64,000 nt of DNA from an uncultured Oscillospiraceae bacterium. GTDB lineage: Bacteria > Bacillota > Clostridia > Oscillospirales > Oscillospiraceae. The notes beneath the pieces were generated by a model. The model did not search any database and had not been told where the DNA came from. It saw only the letters and a program-made list of their open reading frames with translations. The stretch lies in NCBI GenBank assembly GCA_947629795.1, contig CANRFC010000006.1, positions 36,286 through 100,285 on the forward strand, written 5' to 3'. This document shows, in pieces, positions 10,400 to 19,535 of the stretch; position 1 is the stretch's first letter; each line of letters opens with the position of its first letter. The translations under genes were made by a program, and so were the position numbers.

Positions 10400-11047
10400 A
10401 TGGATTTTAAGAAACAGCTCAAAGAGGGCCTGGTCTCCCAGAACCCGGTCACCGTCCAGCTCCTGGGCATGTGCTCCACCATGGCCATCACCACCAGCCT
10501 CTTCAACGGCATCGGTATGGGCCTGTCCGTGCTGGTGATCCTCACCCTCTCCAACATCTTCATCTCCGCTTTGCGGAAGGTGATCCCCGACAAGATCCGC
10601 ATCGCCTGCTTCATCGTGGTCATTGCCACCTTCGTCACCGTGGTGGACCTGTGCCTCCAGGCCTATCTGCCCGACCTGGCCGAGAACCTGGGCGTGTTCA
10701 TCCCCCTGATCGTGGTCAACTGCATCATCCTGGGCCGCGCCGAGTCCTTCTGCTATAAAAACGGCGTGGCCGCTTCGGCGGTGGACGGCGTCTGCCAGGG
10801 CCTGGGCTACACCTGGGTGCTCATCGTCATGTGCGTGGTCCGCGAGCTGCTGGGCAAGGGCACCTTCGGCGGCGGCATCCTGGGCGGCGGCGAGGGCGTG
10901 ACCATCTTCCCGTCCCACTTCGCCGCCATGGGCGTCGCCCTTCCCGTGGGCGGCTTCCTGGTCCTGGCCTGCGTCATCGCGGCCATGCAGTACTTCCTCA
11001 ACAAGCCCAAGAAGGCCGCCGAGGAGAAAGAGGAGGTGGCGAAGTAA
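10400..11047 (+). CDS. rnfE: Rnf subunit E
   Basis: QLLGMCSTMAIT, LIVVNCIILGRAE. Confidence 0.95.
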   Translation: MDFKKQLKEGLVSQNPVTVQLLGMCSTMAITTSLFNGIGMGLSVLVILTLSNIFISALRKVIPDKIRIACFIVVIATFVTVVDLCLQAYLPDLAENLGVFIPLIVVNCIILGRAESFCYKNGVAASAVDGVCQGLGYTWVLIVMCVVRELLGKGTFGGGILGGGEGVTIFPSHFAAMGVALPVGGFLVLACVIAAMQYFLNKPKKAAEEKEEVAK

Positions 11048-11637
11048 TGATTGCTGAGCTTATCACCGTCGCCCTGGGCGCCATTCTGATCAACAACTTT
11101 ATCTTCTCCCAGTTCCTGGGCATCTGCCCCTTCATGGGCGTGTCCAAGTCCACCGACACCGCCACCGGCATGGGCCTGGCCGTGACCTTCGTCATGGGCC
11201 TTGCCTCCGCCGTGTGCTGGCCCATCAACCACTTCATCCTGGAGCCCAACAAGCTGGTCTTTATGCAGACCATCGTCTTCATCCTGGTCATCGCCTCCCT
11301 GGTGCAGTTCATCGAGATGTTCCTCCAGAAGGCCATGCCCGCCCTGTACACCGCTCTGGGCGTGTACCTGCCCCTCATCACCACCAACTGCGCGGTGCTG
11401 GGCGTGGTGCTCCAGAACACCCAGAACAGCTACGGCTTCATCACCAGCGTGGTCTACGGCGTCACCGGCGGCCTGGGCTTCCTGCTGGCCATCTACCTCT
11501 TCGCCAGCGTTCGGGAGAAGATGGAGTACTCCGAGTGCCCCAAGTCCTTCGAGGGCTTTCCCATCGCCCTGGTGGCCGCCGGCCTGCTGGCCCTGTGCTT
11601 CATGGGCTTCTCCGGGCTGAAGCTGCCCATTGGTTAA
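11047..11637 (+). CDS. rnfA: Rnf subunit A
   Basis: QFLGICPFMGVS, LPLITTNCAVLG; TAATG overlap with rnfE. Confidence 0.95.
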   Translation: MIAELITVALGAILINNFIFSQFLGICPFMGVSKSTDTATGMGLAVTFVMGLASAVCWPINHFILEPNKLVFMQTIVFILVIASLVQFIEMFLQKAMPALYTALGVYLPLITTNCAVLGVVLQNTQNSYGFITSVVYGVTGGLGFLLAIYLFASVREKMEYSECPKSFEGFPIALVAAGLLALCFMGFSGLKLPIG

Positions 11638-11651
11638 GGGGGTAGAAGAGA

Positions 11652-12605
11652 ATGACAACAGTGATTTTCAGCGTCGTGCTCCTTCTGGTCATGGGAGCTG
11701 TCTTCGGCGCCATCCTGGCCTTCGCGGCCAAGGTCTTCGCCGTGGAGAAGGACCCCAAGGAGGAGGCCATCCTGGGCTGCCTGCCCGGCGCCAACTGCGG
11801 CGGCTGCGGCTTCCCCGGCTGCGCCGGCTACGCCGCCGCCGTGGCCTCCGGTAAGGCCGGCGTCAACAACTGCGCCGCCGGCGGCGAGGCCGTGGCGGCC
11901 CAGATCGCCCAGATCATGGGCGTGGCCGCCGGCGAGAGCGTGAAGATGGTGGCCGCCGTCCACTGCACCGGCTGCGGCGCCGACAAGACCAAGTACAACT
12001 ACGTGGGCGTCCAGGACTGCCTGGCCGCCTCCCGGGTGGCCGGCGGCGGTGCCCTGTCCTGTGACTTCGGCTGCCTGGGCTTCGGCACCTGCCAGAAGGT
12101 CTGCCCCTTCGACGCCATCCACGTGAAAAACGGCGTGGCCGTGGTGGACGAGGACAAGTGCAAGGCTTGCTCCAAGTGCGTGGACGCCTGCCCCCGGCAC
12201 ATCATCTACCTGGAGCCCTACAAGACCAAGAAGCACGTGGCCATCCACTGCTCCTCCAAGGCCAAGGGCCCCGTGGTCACCAAGGTGTGCTCCAACGGCT
12301 GTATCGGCTGCTCCCTGTGCGCCAAGGCCTGCCCCAAGCAGGCCATCACCGTGGAGAACTTCCTGGCCAAGATCGACTACGACAAGTGTGTCGGCTGCGG
12401 CATCTGCGCCCAGAAGTGCCCCCGCGGCCTGATCACCGTGGACGGCGTGGTCCCCGAGAAGAAGCCCGTGCCGCCCAAGCCCGCCGCCCCCGCCGCTCCC
12501 AAGGCAGAGCCGGCGCCCAAGGCGGAGGAGGCTCCCAAGCCCGCCGAGCCCGCTGCCGAGGCCCCCAAGGCCGAGGAAAAGCCCGCCGAGACCAAGAGCG
12601 AGTGA
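11652..12605 (+). CDS. rnfB: Rnf subunit B (polyferredoxin, Pro/Ala/Glu/Lys-rich tail)
   Basis: LPGANCGGCGFPGC and several CxxCxxCxxxCP motifs. Confidence 0.95.
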   Translation: MTTVIFSVVLLLVMGAVFGAILAFAAKVFAVEKDPKEEAILGCLPGANCGGCGFPGCAGYAAAVASGKAGVNNCAAGGEAVAAQIAQIMGVAAGESVKMVAAVHCTGCGADKTKYNYVGVQDCLAASRVAGGGALSCDFGCLGFGTCQKVCPFDAIHVKNGVAVVDEDKCKACSKCVDACPRHIIYLEPYKTKKHVAIHCSSKAKGPVVTKVCSNGCIGCSLCAKACPKQAITVENFLAKIDYDKCVGCGICAQKCPRGLITVDGVVPEKKPVPPKPAAPAAPKAEPAPKAEEAPKPAEPAAEAPKAEEKPAETKSE

Positions 12606-12610
12606 TCTTT

Positions 12611-12661
12611 TTCCGTCCCACCCCAGCCCACCCCACCTCGGGGTGGGCTGATTTTTTGCCC
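12611..12661 (+). repeat. 51-bp direct repeat, copy 1 (contains an intrinsic terminator hairpin)
   Basis: TTCCGTCCCACCCCAGCCCACCCCACCTCGGGGTGGGCTGATTTTTTGCCC, identical at 19260-19310; 11-bp stem CAGCCCACCCC/GGGGTGGGCTG plus T-tract. Confidence 0.95.
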
Positions 12662-12732
12662 CGGTTTTGGTTGAATACCATCCAAAATTGTTATACAATA
12701 GAGCCATCAAAGATAAAGAGGGGAGGGAGAGC

Positions 12733-13632
12733 GTGAAGATATCTCAACTTCGATACTTCTGTGAGGTCTGCAAGCTGCAGAATGTCAGCAAGGCCGCAGA
12801 GGTCCTGTATGTCTCCCAGCCGGCTATCTCTGCCGCGATCCGGGCACTGGAATCAGAGCTGCAGGTCACGCTGTTCCTGCGCTCCCGCAACCGCCTGACT
12901 TTGACAGCTGAAGGCGTCGCACTGAATGAGATGGCAAAAGAGATACTCTCCCGTGTGGACAGCATTCCCGAGCAGATCCGCAGCATGACTCAGCGTCGAA
13001 CGACCATCTCGGTGGGGCTTCCTCCACTCTCTTCCGCATTCTATATCCCCAAGCTGTTCAAAATCAAGCAGGAATATGAAAAGCTGCACCCCAACGTGGA
13101 AGTAGAAGTGGTCGAATTTCCCTCCTTTGCGGCTATGTGTGACCTGCTGGACAGCGGGAAGCTGGACTTGGCCCTCTCTGCCTTGGAAGAGAGCAGTTTT
13201 GCGGAGATGGACAAGTTGACGCTGTTCCAAACACCAATTATGCTGTGCGTGGGCCCCAACCATCCTCTGGTGAAGGAAAAACGTGTCAGCATCCACCAAT
13301 TCTACCAAGAACCCCTGGCCCGGACCTATCACAGCGCGTCGGCCATGTACCGGGTCATCAACAGCTATTATTCCAAAAACTGCTATACACCAAATTATAA
13401 GTATTCCTTTACCCAGTCCAAGGCAGCGGAACTTCTGCTGCTGGAAAACCAGGCGGTATTGTTGGCTCGTCCGGAGATGGAGTATATTGACAGCAAGCTG
13501 GTGGCAATTCCTCTGGAGGAACCCCTGATGATCGACATCGGGGTGCTGTGGAGCAGCAAACAGCCCATTACCAGCGAGGTGGCGGCCTTTGTGGAGCGGC
13601 TGAAGCAGGTGAATTTCCGAAGTGTTCGGTAG
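12733..13632 (+). CDS. LysR-family transcriptional regulator
   Basis: GTG start after GGAGGGAG; KISQLRYF...VSKAAEVLYVSQPAISAAIRALESEL HTH followed by a substrate-binding domain. Confidence 0.93.
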   Translation: MKISQLRYFCEVCKLQNVSKAAEVLYVSQPAISAAIRALESELQVTLFLRSRNRLTLTAEGVALNEMAKEILSRVDSIPEQIRSMTQRRTTISVGLPPLSSAFYIPKLFKIKQEYEKLHPNVEVEVVEFPSFAAMCDLLDSGKLDLALSALEESSFAEMDKLTLFQTPIMLCVGPNHPLVKEKRVSIHQFYQEPLARTYHSASAMYRVINSYYSKNCYTPNYKYSFTQSKAAELLLLENQAVLLARPEMEYIDSKLVAIPLEEPLMIDIGVLWSSKQPITSEVAAFVERLKQVNFRSVR

Positions 13633-13719
13633 GAAGGACAAACTTCTGCTTACCTTGCTCAGATGAACCGGTATTATAAATAAAAATTATCGCATTTTCA
13701 AACCATCAGATAGCGATAT

Positions 13720-13769
13720 TATACAAAACGTTCTCTTTCTGCTATAATCAAGAACAGAAAGAGAACGTT
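13720..13769 (+). promoter_or_regulatory. Promoter of the transporter-asparaginase-lyase operon; -10 bracketed by a 15-bp inverted repeat
   Basis: TATACA-17-TATAAT (13743-13748); AACGTTCTCTTTCTG (13727-13741) / CAGAAAGAGAACGTT (13755-13769). Confidence 0.6.
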
Positions 13770-13851
13770 CTTTTTTATCGCAAATTTTCCGGAAAACGCG
13801 CATTTCCAAGGCAAATTGGACAAACCATACAATAGAAAGAGGGGAAAAGTT

Positions 13852-15075
13852 ATGTCTTTGATTGAACGGTTAGGCATGTCCGACTCGGTACAGGTAGTAG
13901 CGATTCTCGGCGTTATGTTTCTCGTTATCTATTTTGTAGTTTCGTATATTCATAAGATTCCGGTTGTGCGAAAGATTGGCGCGCCTTTGGTTTTGGTGTT
14001 TGTGGGTATCATTCTGACCAACTGTGGGATCCTTCCCGGCCCTACCTATCCACTGTATAGCACGATCAATTCCATTGGAATGCCCTTGGCCCTCTCTATG
14101 TTGCTCTTCTCAATAGATCTGCGTTCCATGAAAAAGATTTTAGGGGCAAAGCCGTTTCTGATTATGCTGCTCGGTGCGGTTGCAACATCTGTTGGCGGTT
14201 TGATTGTAGGCCTGGCCTGGGGCGCAATCGGCAATCCCTCACCGGACCAACTGAAGGGGCTTGCAATGATGATTGGTGCGGGAATTGGCGGTACGGAGAA
14301 CTTCATTGCGGTGGGGCAGTCCCTGGAGGCCACCACTGAGGCTTTGGCCGGCTATTCCATTCCCATGGTATTTGCCTGTCAGGCAATTGTTGCCATCAAC
14401 TATGTAATTGCCGGCGATCCATCACTGCAGGATAAGTTTAACGGCTGGATCAAGCCAAGCGAAAACATTGTTGATCGGATCCATGCCTATGGAGAAGATG
14501 AGGTGGTCAAGCGGCCCTTTGATGGACAGTCCAGCCTGCTGGTCTTTGCTATGGCCTGCCTGGCTACTGGCGTTTCCTTCTGGCTGGGTGGAATCATTCC
14601 TCCGATCCCTCTTCCCGGCGGCGGCGTGCTGACCATCCCTTCACTGCTGATTCTTACCACGATCTGCCTGCTGTGCGGCACATTTACAAAATTTGTGCGT
14701 ATCGAAAAAATGCAGGAAATGGGCGGCGCTGCGCTGTATCTTGTCGTTTTGGCCTTATTCATGACCATGGACTTTTCTACCTTTGCGGACAACCTGGTGA
14801 TTCTGCTGCCCTTCTTCATTCTGTGTGTCATTCATTGGATTTTGATCATGCTGTTTGCAAAGCTGTTCAAAGTTGACATTGTCTCCACGATTATTGCTTC
14901 CACTGCCAACATGGGCGGCAATGTGTCTTCTCCCATCTGCGCCACACTGACAGGCTATAAGCAGCTGGTTCCCGTTGCAGTCATGATGGCTGCCATCGGC
15001 ACAGCGCTTGCCAACTATGGCGGCTTTGCCATCGGTCAGATCCTTCTTAAGGTCATCTGCGGGATAACAATTTGA
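13852..15075 (+). CDS. DUF819-like multi-pass membrane protein, putative transporter
   Basis: ~10-11 TM helices; IGGTENFIAV and IIASTANMGGNVSSP motifs resemble DUF819 (from memory). Confidence 0.7.
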   Translation: MSLIERLGMSDSVQVVAILGVMFLVIYFVVSYIHKIPVVRKIGAPLVLVFVGIILTNCGILPGPTYPLYSTINSIGMPLALSMLLFSIDLRSMKKILGAKPFLIMLLGAVATSVGGLIVGLAWGAIGNPSPDQLKGLAMMIGAGIGGTENFIAVGQSLEATTEALAGYSIPMVFACQAIVAINYVIAGDPSLQDKFNGWIKPSENIVDRIHAYGEDEVVKRPFDGQSSLLVFAMACLATGVSFWLGGIIPPIPLPGGGVLTIPSLLILTTICLLCGTFTKFVRIEKMQEMGGAALYLVVLALFMTMDFSTFADNLVILLPFFILCVIHWILIMLFAKLFKVDIVSTIIASTANMGGNVSSPICATLTGYKQLVPVAVMMAAIGTALANYGGFAIGQILLKVICGITI

Positions 15076-15092
15076 TATCGAGGTGCGCTCAT

Positions 15093-16109
15093 ATGAAGAA
15101 GAGAATCAAGGTTTTGCTTTTGGGTGGAACCATTGCCTACAGTGAAAAAAGCGGCCGGCCTGCCGTGGGAGATATCACATCTTTGGCGCTGGACATGCCG
15201 GAAGTGGCGGATTATGCTCAGCTTGAAGTGGAGCAGTTCCGCAGGATATCCAGCCCGGACTTTCAAGTCGAAGTTGCAGTGGAACTGGTGAATCGGATTG
15301 AGCAGATCCTAAGGGAAGAGCATCCCGATGGGATTGTTGTGGTCCAGGGGACTGACGTCATGGATGAAGTGGCCTTTTCCCTTCATCTGCTGATAGACAC
15401 GGATGTCCCCATTGCCATTACCGGAGCGATGCGGAATCCCGACATGAAGGGAGCTGACGGTCCTGCAAACCTGTTGGCCGCCATCCAGGTAGCTGCATCA
15501 GACAATTGCAGGGGAATTGGCGTAGTTGTGGTTTTCAATGACGTCATTATGTCCGCCGGCACCGTTCGGAAAGCGCATCCCCAGAGTACAGGCGCCTTTG
15601 TGTCTGAATATCCTCTGGGCTATGTAGCTGAAGGGACGCCGTCTTTGCGGGTTTGGCCGATCAAGCGCAGGCTGCCTTGGCTGAAACTGAAAACGGACAA
15701 GGTCTGCACACTGCCTATCTACGCGGCCCCCCTTGGCGATGACGGACTTCTTCTGCCCAAGGTACGTGAACTGAGGTATCCCGGCCTTATCGTAGAAGGC
15801 ACTGGTGGAGGACACTGCTCCAGCCGTATCGTCCCGGCCTTGGTGGACTTAGCAAAGGACCTGCCGGTGGTAATGACCTCCCGTGTGGCGGTTGGCGACC
15901 TTTTGACCAATACCTATGGAGACTGTCCAGGCACTGAGAAATATCTGTATGAGCGCGGTATCATATGCGGAGGGCTCCTCAATGCGAGACAGGCGCGGCT
16001 CCTGCTGATCTTCCTGCTGATGTCTGGTTGTGATCGGGAGCAGATTCGGGAGAGTTTTCGTATTTACTCGAAAGCCTTCGAAATCCCGGAGCAGTACAAG
16101 AAACTATAA
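15093..16109 (+). CDS. Asparaginase/glutaminase-family amidohydrolase, cytoplasmic (no signal peptide)
   Basis: LGGTIA and QGTDVM catalytic Thr motifs, ITGAMR, SADGP-like GADGPANL. Confidence 0.9.
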   Translation: MKKRIKVLLLGGTIAYSEKSGRPAVGDITSLALDMPEVADYAQLEVEQFRRISSPDFQVEVAVELVNRIEQILREEHPDGIVVVQGTDVMDEVAFSLHLLIDTDVPIAITGAMRNPDMKGADGPANLLAAIQVAASDNCRGIGVVVVFNDVIMSAGTVRKAHPQSTGAFVSEYPLGYVAEGTPSLRVWPIKRRLPWLKLKTDKVCTLPIYAAPLGDDGLLLPKVRELRYPGLIVEGTGGGHCSSRIVPALVDLAKDLPVVMTSRVAVGDLLTNTYGDCPGTEKYLYERGIICGGLLNARQARLLLIFLLMSGCDREQIRESFRIYSKAFEIPEQYKKL

Positions 16110-16144
16110 AATGGTAGGTAACATTTGACAAGGAGGACCAGAAA

Positions 16145-17668
16145 ATGTCTGTTTATCGAGGCGAAGGCGTGCGTCTGAAAAAAGAGACCAGCCAAAACCT
16201 GATCAATACATGCTATCCCGGCCCGGATGAGACCGTGATGGGGAAATATGCCCGGATGCGCCCTCAACTGCCCTACTTCCATGCCTTTGACAAGGCCCAT
16301 CTGGTTATGCTGGTGGAACAGGGCCTGGTGCCGGTGGCGGATGCCCAGAAGATGTTCAAAGTCTTTCGCGAGGTGGAACAGGAGGGTGTGGAGGAAGCCA
16401 GGGCCGCCACCTGCGAACATATGCACTCCGGCGAGGCCATCCTTACCGCAAAACTGGGCAAGGAGATTGGCGGTGAGGTCCACCTTGGCCGCAGTTCCGG
16501 AGATCTGCTGACCGTCTCCTATCGGATGGCTATGCGGGAAAAAGTACTGACCCTCTGCGAGCAGTTCAATCAGATGCGCAAGGCCATCCTGAAACTGGCC
16601 GGTGAGAATCTGGAGACGGTGATCCCCGGCTACACCCATATGCAGCATGCTCAGCCTCAGACGCTGGCCCACTATCTGGGCTTCTGGGAGAGCTCCTTTG
16701 ACCGGGACTTTGAGCGCTTCCGCGAGTATTATCGGCGGCTGAACATGAGCCCCGCTGGGGCCGCTGTGGTGGTGGGTTCGGACTTTCCCCTGGACCGCGA
16801 GCGTACCTGCCGGCTCCTGGGTTTTGACGAGATCAACCTCAACACACTGGATTCAATTTACAGCCGGGATGTGGAACTGGAGGCCCATACCATCCTGACC
16901 GTGATGACGGCTACTCTGGGTCGCATGTGTGAAGATCTGCTCCTGTGGTCTTCCTCCGAGTTCAACATGGTGGAGATCGACGATGGCCTGTGCGGGACCA
17001 GTTCTATCATGCCCCAGAAGAAGAACGCCTACGGAGTGGAGTACTTGAAGGGCCTGGTGGGAACCTGCCTGGGCTACCTGGTGGAGTCGGTGACCATTTA
17101 CAAAAATCCGCCTACAGCCACCACCTTTGAGTGGATCCGCAATTTGACCGATGCCTGGCGGGGATATGATGAGGTCATCACTGCTCTGCCGCTGGTCACT
17201 GAGACCCTGGAGACCCTCACCATCCACAAGGACCGGATGCTGGAGCAAGCCGGCGCCTTCTGGGATACCGCCACCGACCTGGCCGGTGCCATTGTGCGGG
17301 AGGGCAAGCTTCCCTGGCGCTTTGGTCACCAGATCACCGGCGTGGTGGTACGTATGGCCATTGAGGAGGGCCGGCAGCCCAAGGAGGTGGACAGCGCCTT
17401 TGTGGACCGGGCGGCGCAGGTCATCCTGGGCAAGCCCCTGCATATGGACGAAGAGGTTATCCGCAAGGCCATGGATCCGACCCACTCGGTCCTGGCCCAT
17501 AAGATGCCCGGCGGCCCCGCACCCGAGCGGATGCGGGAGGAACTGACGATCCATTCGGGCAAGCTGGAGGACGATATAGCCTGGGTCGCCCGGTGCCGGG
17601 AAAACCTCCGCCAGGCCAGCGGCCAGCTGGAGTCGGCCATCGACGGCATTTTGGAGCAGAAGGCGTAA
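16145..17668 (+). CDS. Argininosuccinate-lyase-like C-N lyase, paralogue 1 (aspartase/fumarase superfamily)
   Basis: PGYTHMQHAQP, signature GTSSIMPQKKNAY, HLGRSSGD. Confidence 0.85.
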   Translation: MSVYRGEGVRLKKETSQNLINTCYPGPDETVMGKYARMRPQLPYFHAFDKAHLVMLVEQGLVPVADAQKMFKVFREVEQEGVEEARAATCEHMHSGEAILTAKLGKEIGGEVHLGRSSGDLLTVSYRMAMREKVLTLCEQFNQMRKAILKLAGENLETVIPGYTHMQHAQPQTLAHYLGFWESSFDRDFERFREYYRRLNMSPAGAAVVVGSDFPLDRERTCRLLGFDEINLNTLDSIYSRDVELEAHTILTVMTATLGRMCEDLLLWSSSEFNMVEIDDGLCGTSSIMPQKKNAYGVEYLKGLVGTCLGYLVESVTIYKNPPTATTFEWIRNLTDAWRGYDEVITALPLVTETLETLTIHKDRMLEQAGAFWDTATDLAGAIVREGKLPWRFGHQITGVVVRMAIEEGRQPKEVDSAFVDRAAQVILGKPLHMDEEVIRKAMDPTHSVLAHKMPGGPAPERMREELTIHSGKLEDDIAWVARCRENLRQASGQLESAIDGILEQKA

Positions 17669-17741
17669 CAACATGCGGGCCGGGCAGGGGAGAGGTCCTG
17701 CCCGGCCAGTAAATACTATTCTAATATGGAGGAGCTGCCTT

Positions 17742-19259
17742 ATGGCATTTTACCGAGGTGCAAATATCAGATTGACCAAGGAGACCAGCGAAAATCTTAT
17801 GAAGACCTGCTATCCCGGCCCCGATGAGGAGACTCTGGGGCGGTATGCCCGCCTGCGCCCCCAATATATCGCCTTTCAGGCTTTTGATAAGGCGCATATC
17901 ATTATGCTCTGTGAACAGGGCTGGCTGACCCGCCAGGAGGCCGCCGATATGCTGCGGGTCCTTCGCGAGCTGGAGCGCGGCGACGTGGAGGAGGCCCGGG
18001 CTGCCACCGGCGAGCACTGGCACGCCGGCGAGGCCATCCTTACCCAAGCCCTGGGGAAAGAAGTGGGCGGCAAAATGCACATTGGCCGCAGCTCCGGCGA
18101 TCTGCTGAATGTGACCTATCGCTTCACCCTGCGGCGGAAACTGCTGGATTTGGGCCTCGCCCTGAACAAGTTCCGGGATGCGGTCCTCCGGGTCGCTCAG
18201 CTCCATCTGGACACCGTGATGCCAGCCTATACCCATATGCAGCATGCCCAGCCCCAGACCTTCGGCTACTACTTGGCAAGCTGGGCCACCGCTTATGACA
18301 GGGACTTTCAGCGCCTGCGCCAATTCTTTGAGCGCGCCAACGTCAGCCCCGCCGGCGCCGCCGTCACTGTGGGATCGGAGTTTGGCCTGGACCGTGAGCG
18401 CACCTGCCGGCTTTTGGGGTTCGACAGCGTCAGCGTCAACTGTTTTGACAGCATTTGGGGACGGGATGTGGAGATCGAGGCCATGTCCGTGCTTTCCCTT
18501 CTCTGCGGAGATGTGGGCCGCCTGGCGGAGGACCTGCTGTTGTGGTCCACGCCCGAATTCCGAATGGTGGAGTCGGATGACAGCCTGTGTGGGACCAGTT
18601 CCATCATGCCTCAGAAGAAAAACGCTTACGCTCTGGAATACTTGAAAGGCCTGCCCTGCATTGCCTCCGGCTTGTTTGTGGAGATGTCCATGGTCCACAA
18701 AAACCCCACCAGTGCTCCCGTCCTGGAGTGGATCCGCATGATGGGTGACACCTGGCGCAGTTACGATGAAGTTATTACCGCTTTGGCTCTGGCGGAGGAG
18801 GAGATCGCCACTCTGAAGGTGAACAAGGACCTGATGCGCTACCGGGCCGGTTATTACTGGGCTACCGCCACCGACCTGGCCGGCGTGATGGTCACGGCCT
18901 GTGGCATCCCCTGGCGTCGGGCTCACCAGATCACCGCTATCGTGGTCCGCCTGGGCATTGAGCGCGGGATCAAGCCGGAGGAAGTCCCTCTGGCCCTGGT
19001 GCAGGAAGCTTCCCGGCAGTATAACGGAGAAGAACTCCCACTGACACAGGAGCAGATCCGTGCTGCCATGGACCCGGCAGAGTCGGTGAAGCACCACGAC
19101 ATGCCCGGCGGCCCTGCCCCCCAGCGAGTGGCAGAGGAGCTGGCCCTGCATCGGGAAAACCTGAAGAAGGACGAGATGTGGCTGACAGAGCGTCAGGAGC
19201 GGGAGCGCCAGGCAGCCCGGCAAATGGAGGAAGCCATCGACAGGATTTTGGAGGCCTGA
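17742..19259 (+). CDS. Argininosuccinate-lyase-like C-N lyase, paralogue 2
   Basis: PAYTHMQHAQP, GTSSIMPQKKNAY, HIGRSSGD; collinear with paralogue 1; GGAGG before ATG 17742. Confidence 0.85.
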   Translation: MAFYRGANIRLTKETSENLMKTCYPGPDEETLGRYARLRPQYIAFQAFDKAHIIMLCEQGWLTRQEAADMLRVLRELERGDVEEARAATGEHWHAGEAILTQALGKEVGGKMHIGRSSGDLLNVTYRFTLRRKLLDLGLALNKFRDAVLRVAQLHLDTVMPAYTHMQHAQPQTFGYYLASWATAYDRDFQRLRQFFERANVSPAGAAVTVGSEFGLDRERTCRLLGFDSVSVNCFDSIWGRDVEIEAMSVLSLLCGDVGRLAEDLLLWSTPEFRMVESDDSLCGTSSIMPQKKNAYALEYLKGLPCIASGLFVEMSMVHKNPTSAPVLEWIRMMGDTWRSYDEVITALALAEEEIATLKVNKDLMRYRAGYYWATATDLAGVMVTACGIPWRRAHQITAIVVRLGIERGIKPEEVPLALVQEASRQYNGEELPLTQEQIRAAMDPAESVKHHDMPGGPAPQRVAEELALHRENLKKDEMWLTERQERERQAARQMEEAIDRILEA

Positions 19260-19310
19260 TTCCGTCCCACCCCAGCCCACCCCACCTCGGGGTGGGCTGA
19301 TTTTTTGCCC
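19260..19310 (+). repeat. 51-bp direct repeat, copy 2 (terminator of the lyase operon)
   Basis: Identical to 12611-12661; begins immediately after the stop codon at 19259. Confidence 0.95.
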
Positions 19311-19418
19311 TCTCGCCCCATAAACCCCACTTTTTTCCAGAAAATGCAGCCATTTCTCTCTGTTTCTGCATATTTCACGCAAACTTCTACCAAATTTCCA
19401 CAAATTGAAACTTTTTAC

Positions 19419-19446
19419 TTGACTTGATTCATTCTTATGTTATCAT
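19419..19446 (+). promoter_or_regulatory. Probable sigma-A promoter of the sipW operon
   Basis: TTGACT-16-TATCAT with an extended -10 TG. Confidence 0.45.
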
Positions 19447-19535
19447 AATTATAAAGTGTGTCCTTATACGCTGACCCGCCCTACGGCCTGCCGGGCCGCC
19501 GGCGGAGACTTACCCGATGTGTCCCCTGAAAGGAG

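Larger units (their letters stand above)
12611..19310. mobile_element. Catabolic islet bounded by 51-bp direct repeats (no mobility gene inside)
   Basis: Identical flanking repeats; interior visibly less GC-rich than the rnf genes, most clearly in LysR and the transporter. Confidence 0.6.

Noticed and set aside
16145-19259. Naming the two lyases argH
   Set aside because: Non-canonical GRSSGD and N-terminus, tandem duplication and catabolic context; the substrate cannot be assigned from sequence.
19450-19535. c-di-GMP riboswitch ahead of the sipW operon
   Set aside because: GC-rich leader but no GEMM-I or class II consensus recognisable; an Rfam scan would be needed.
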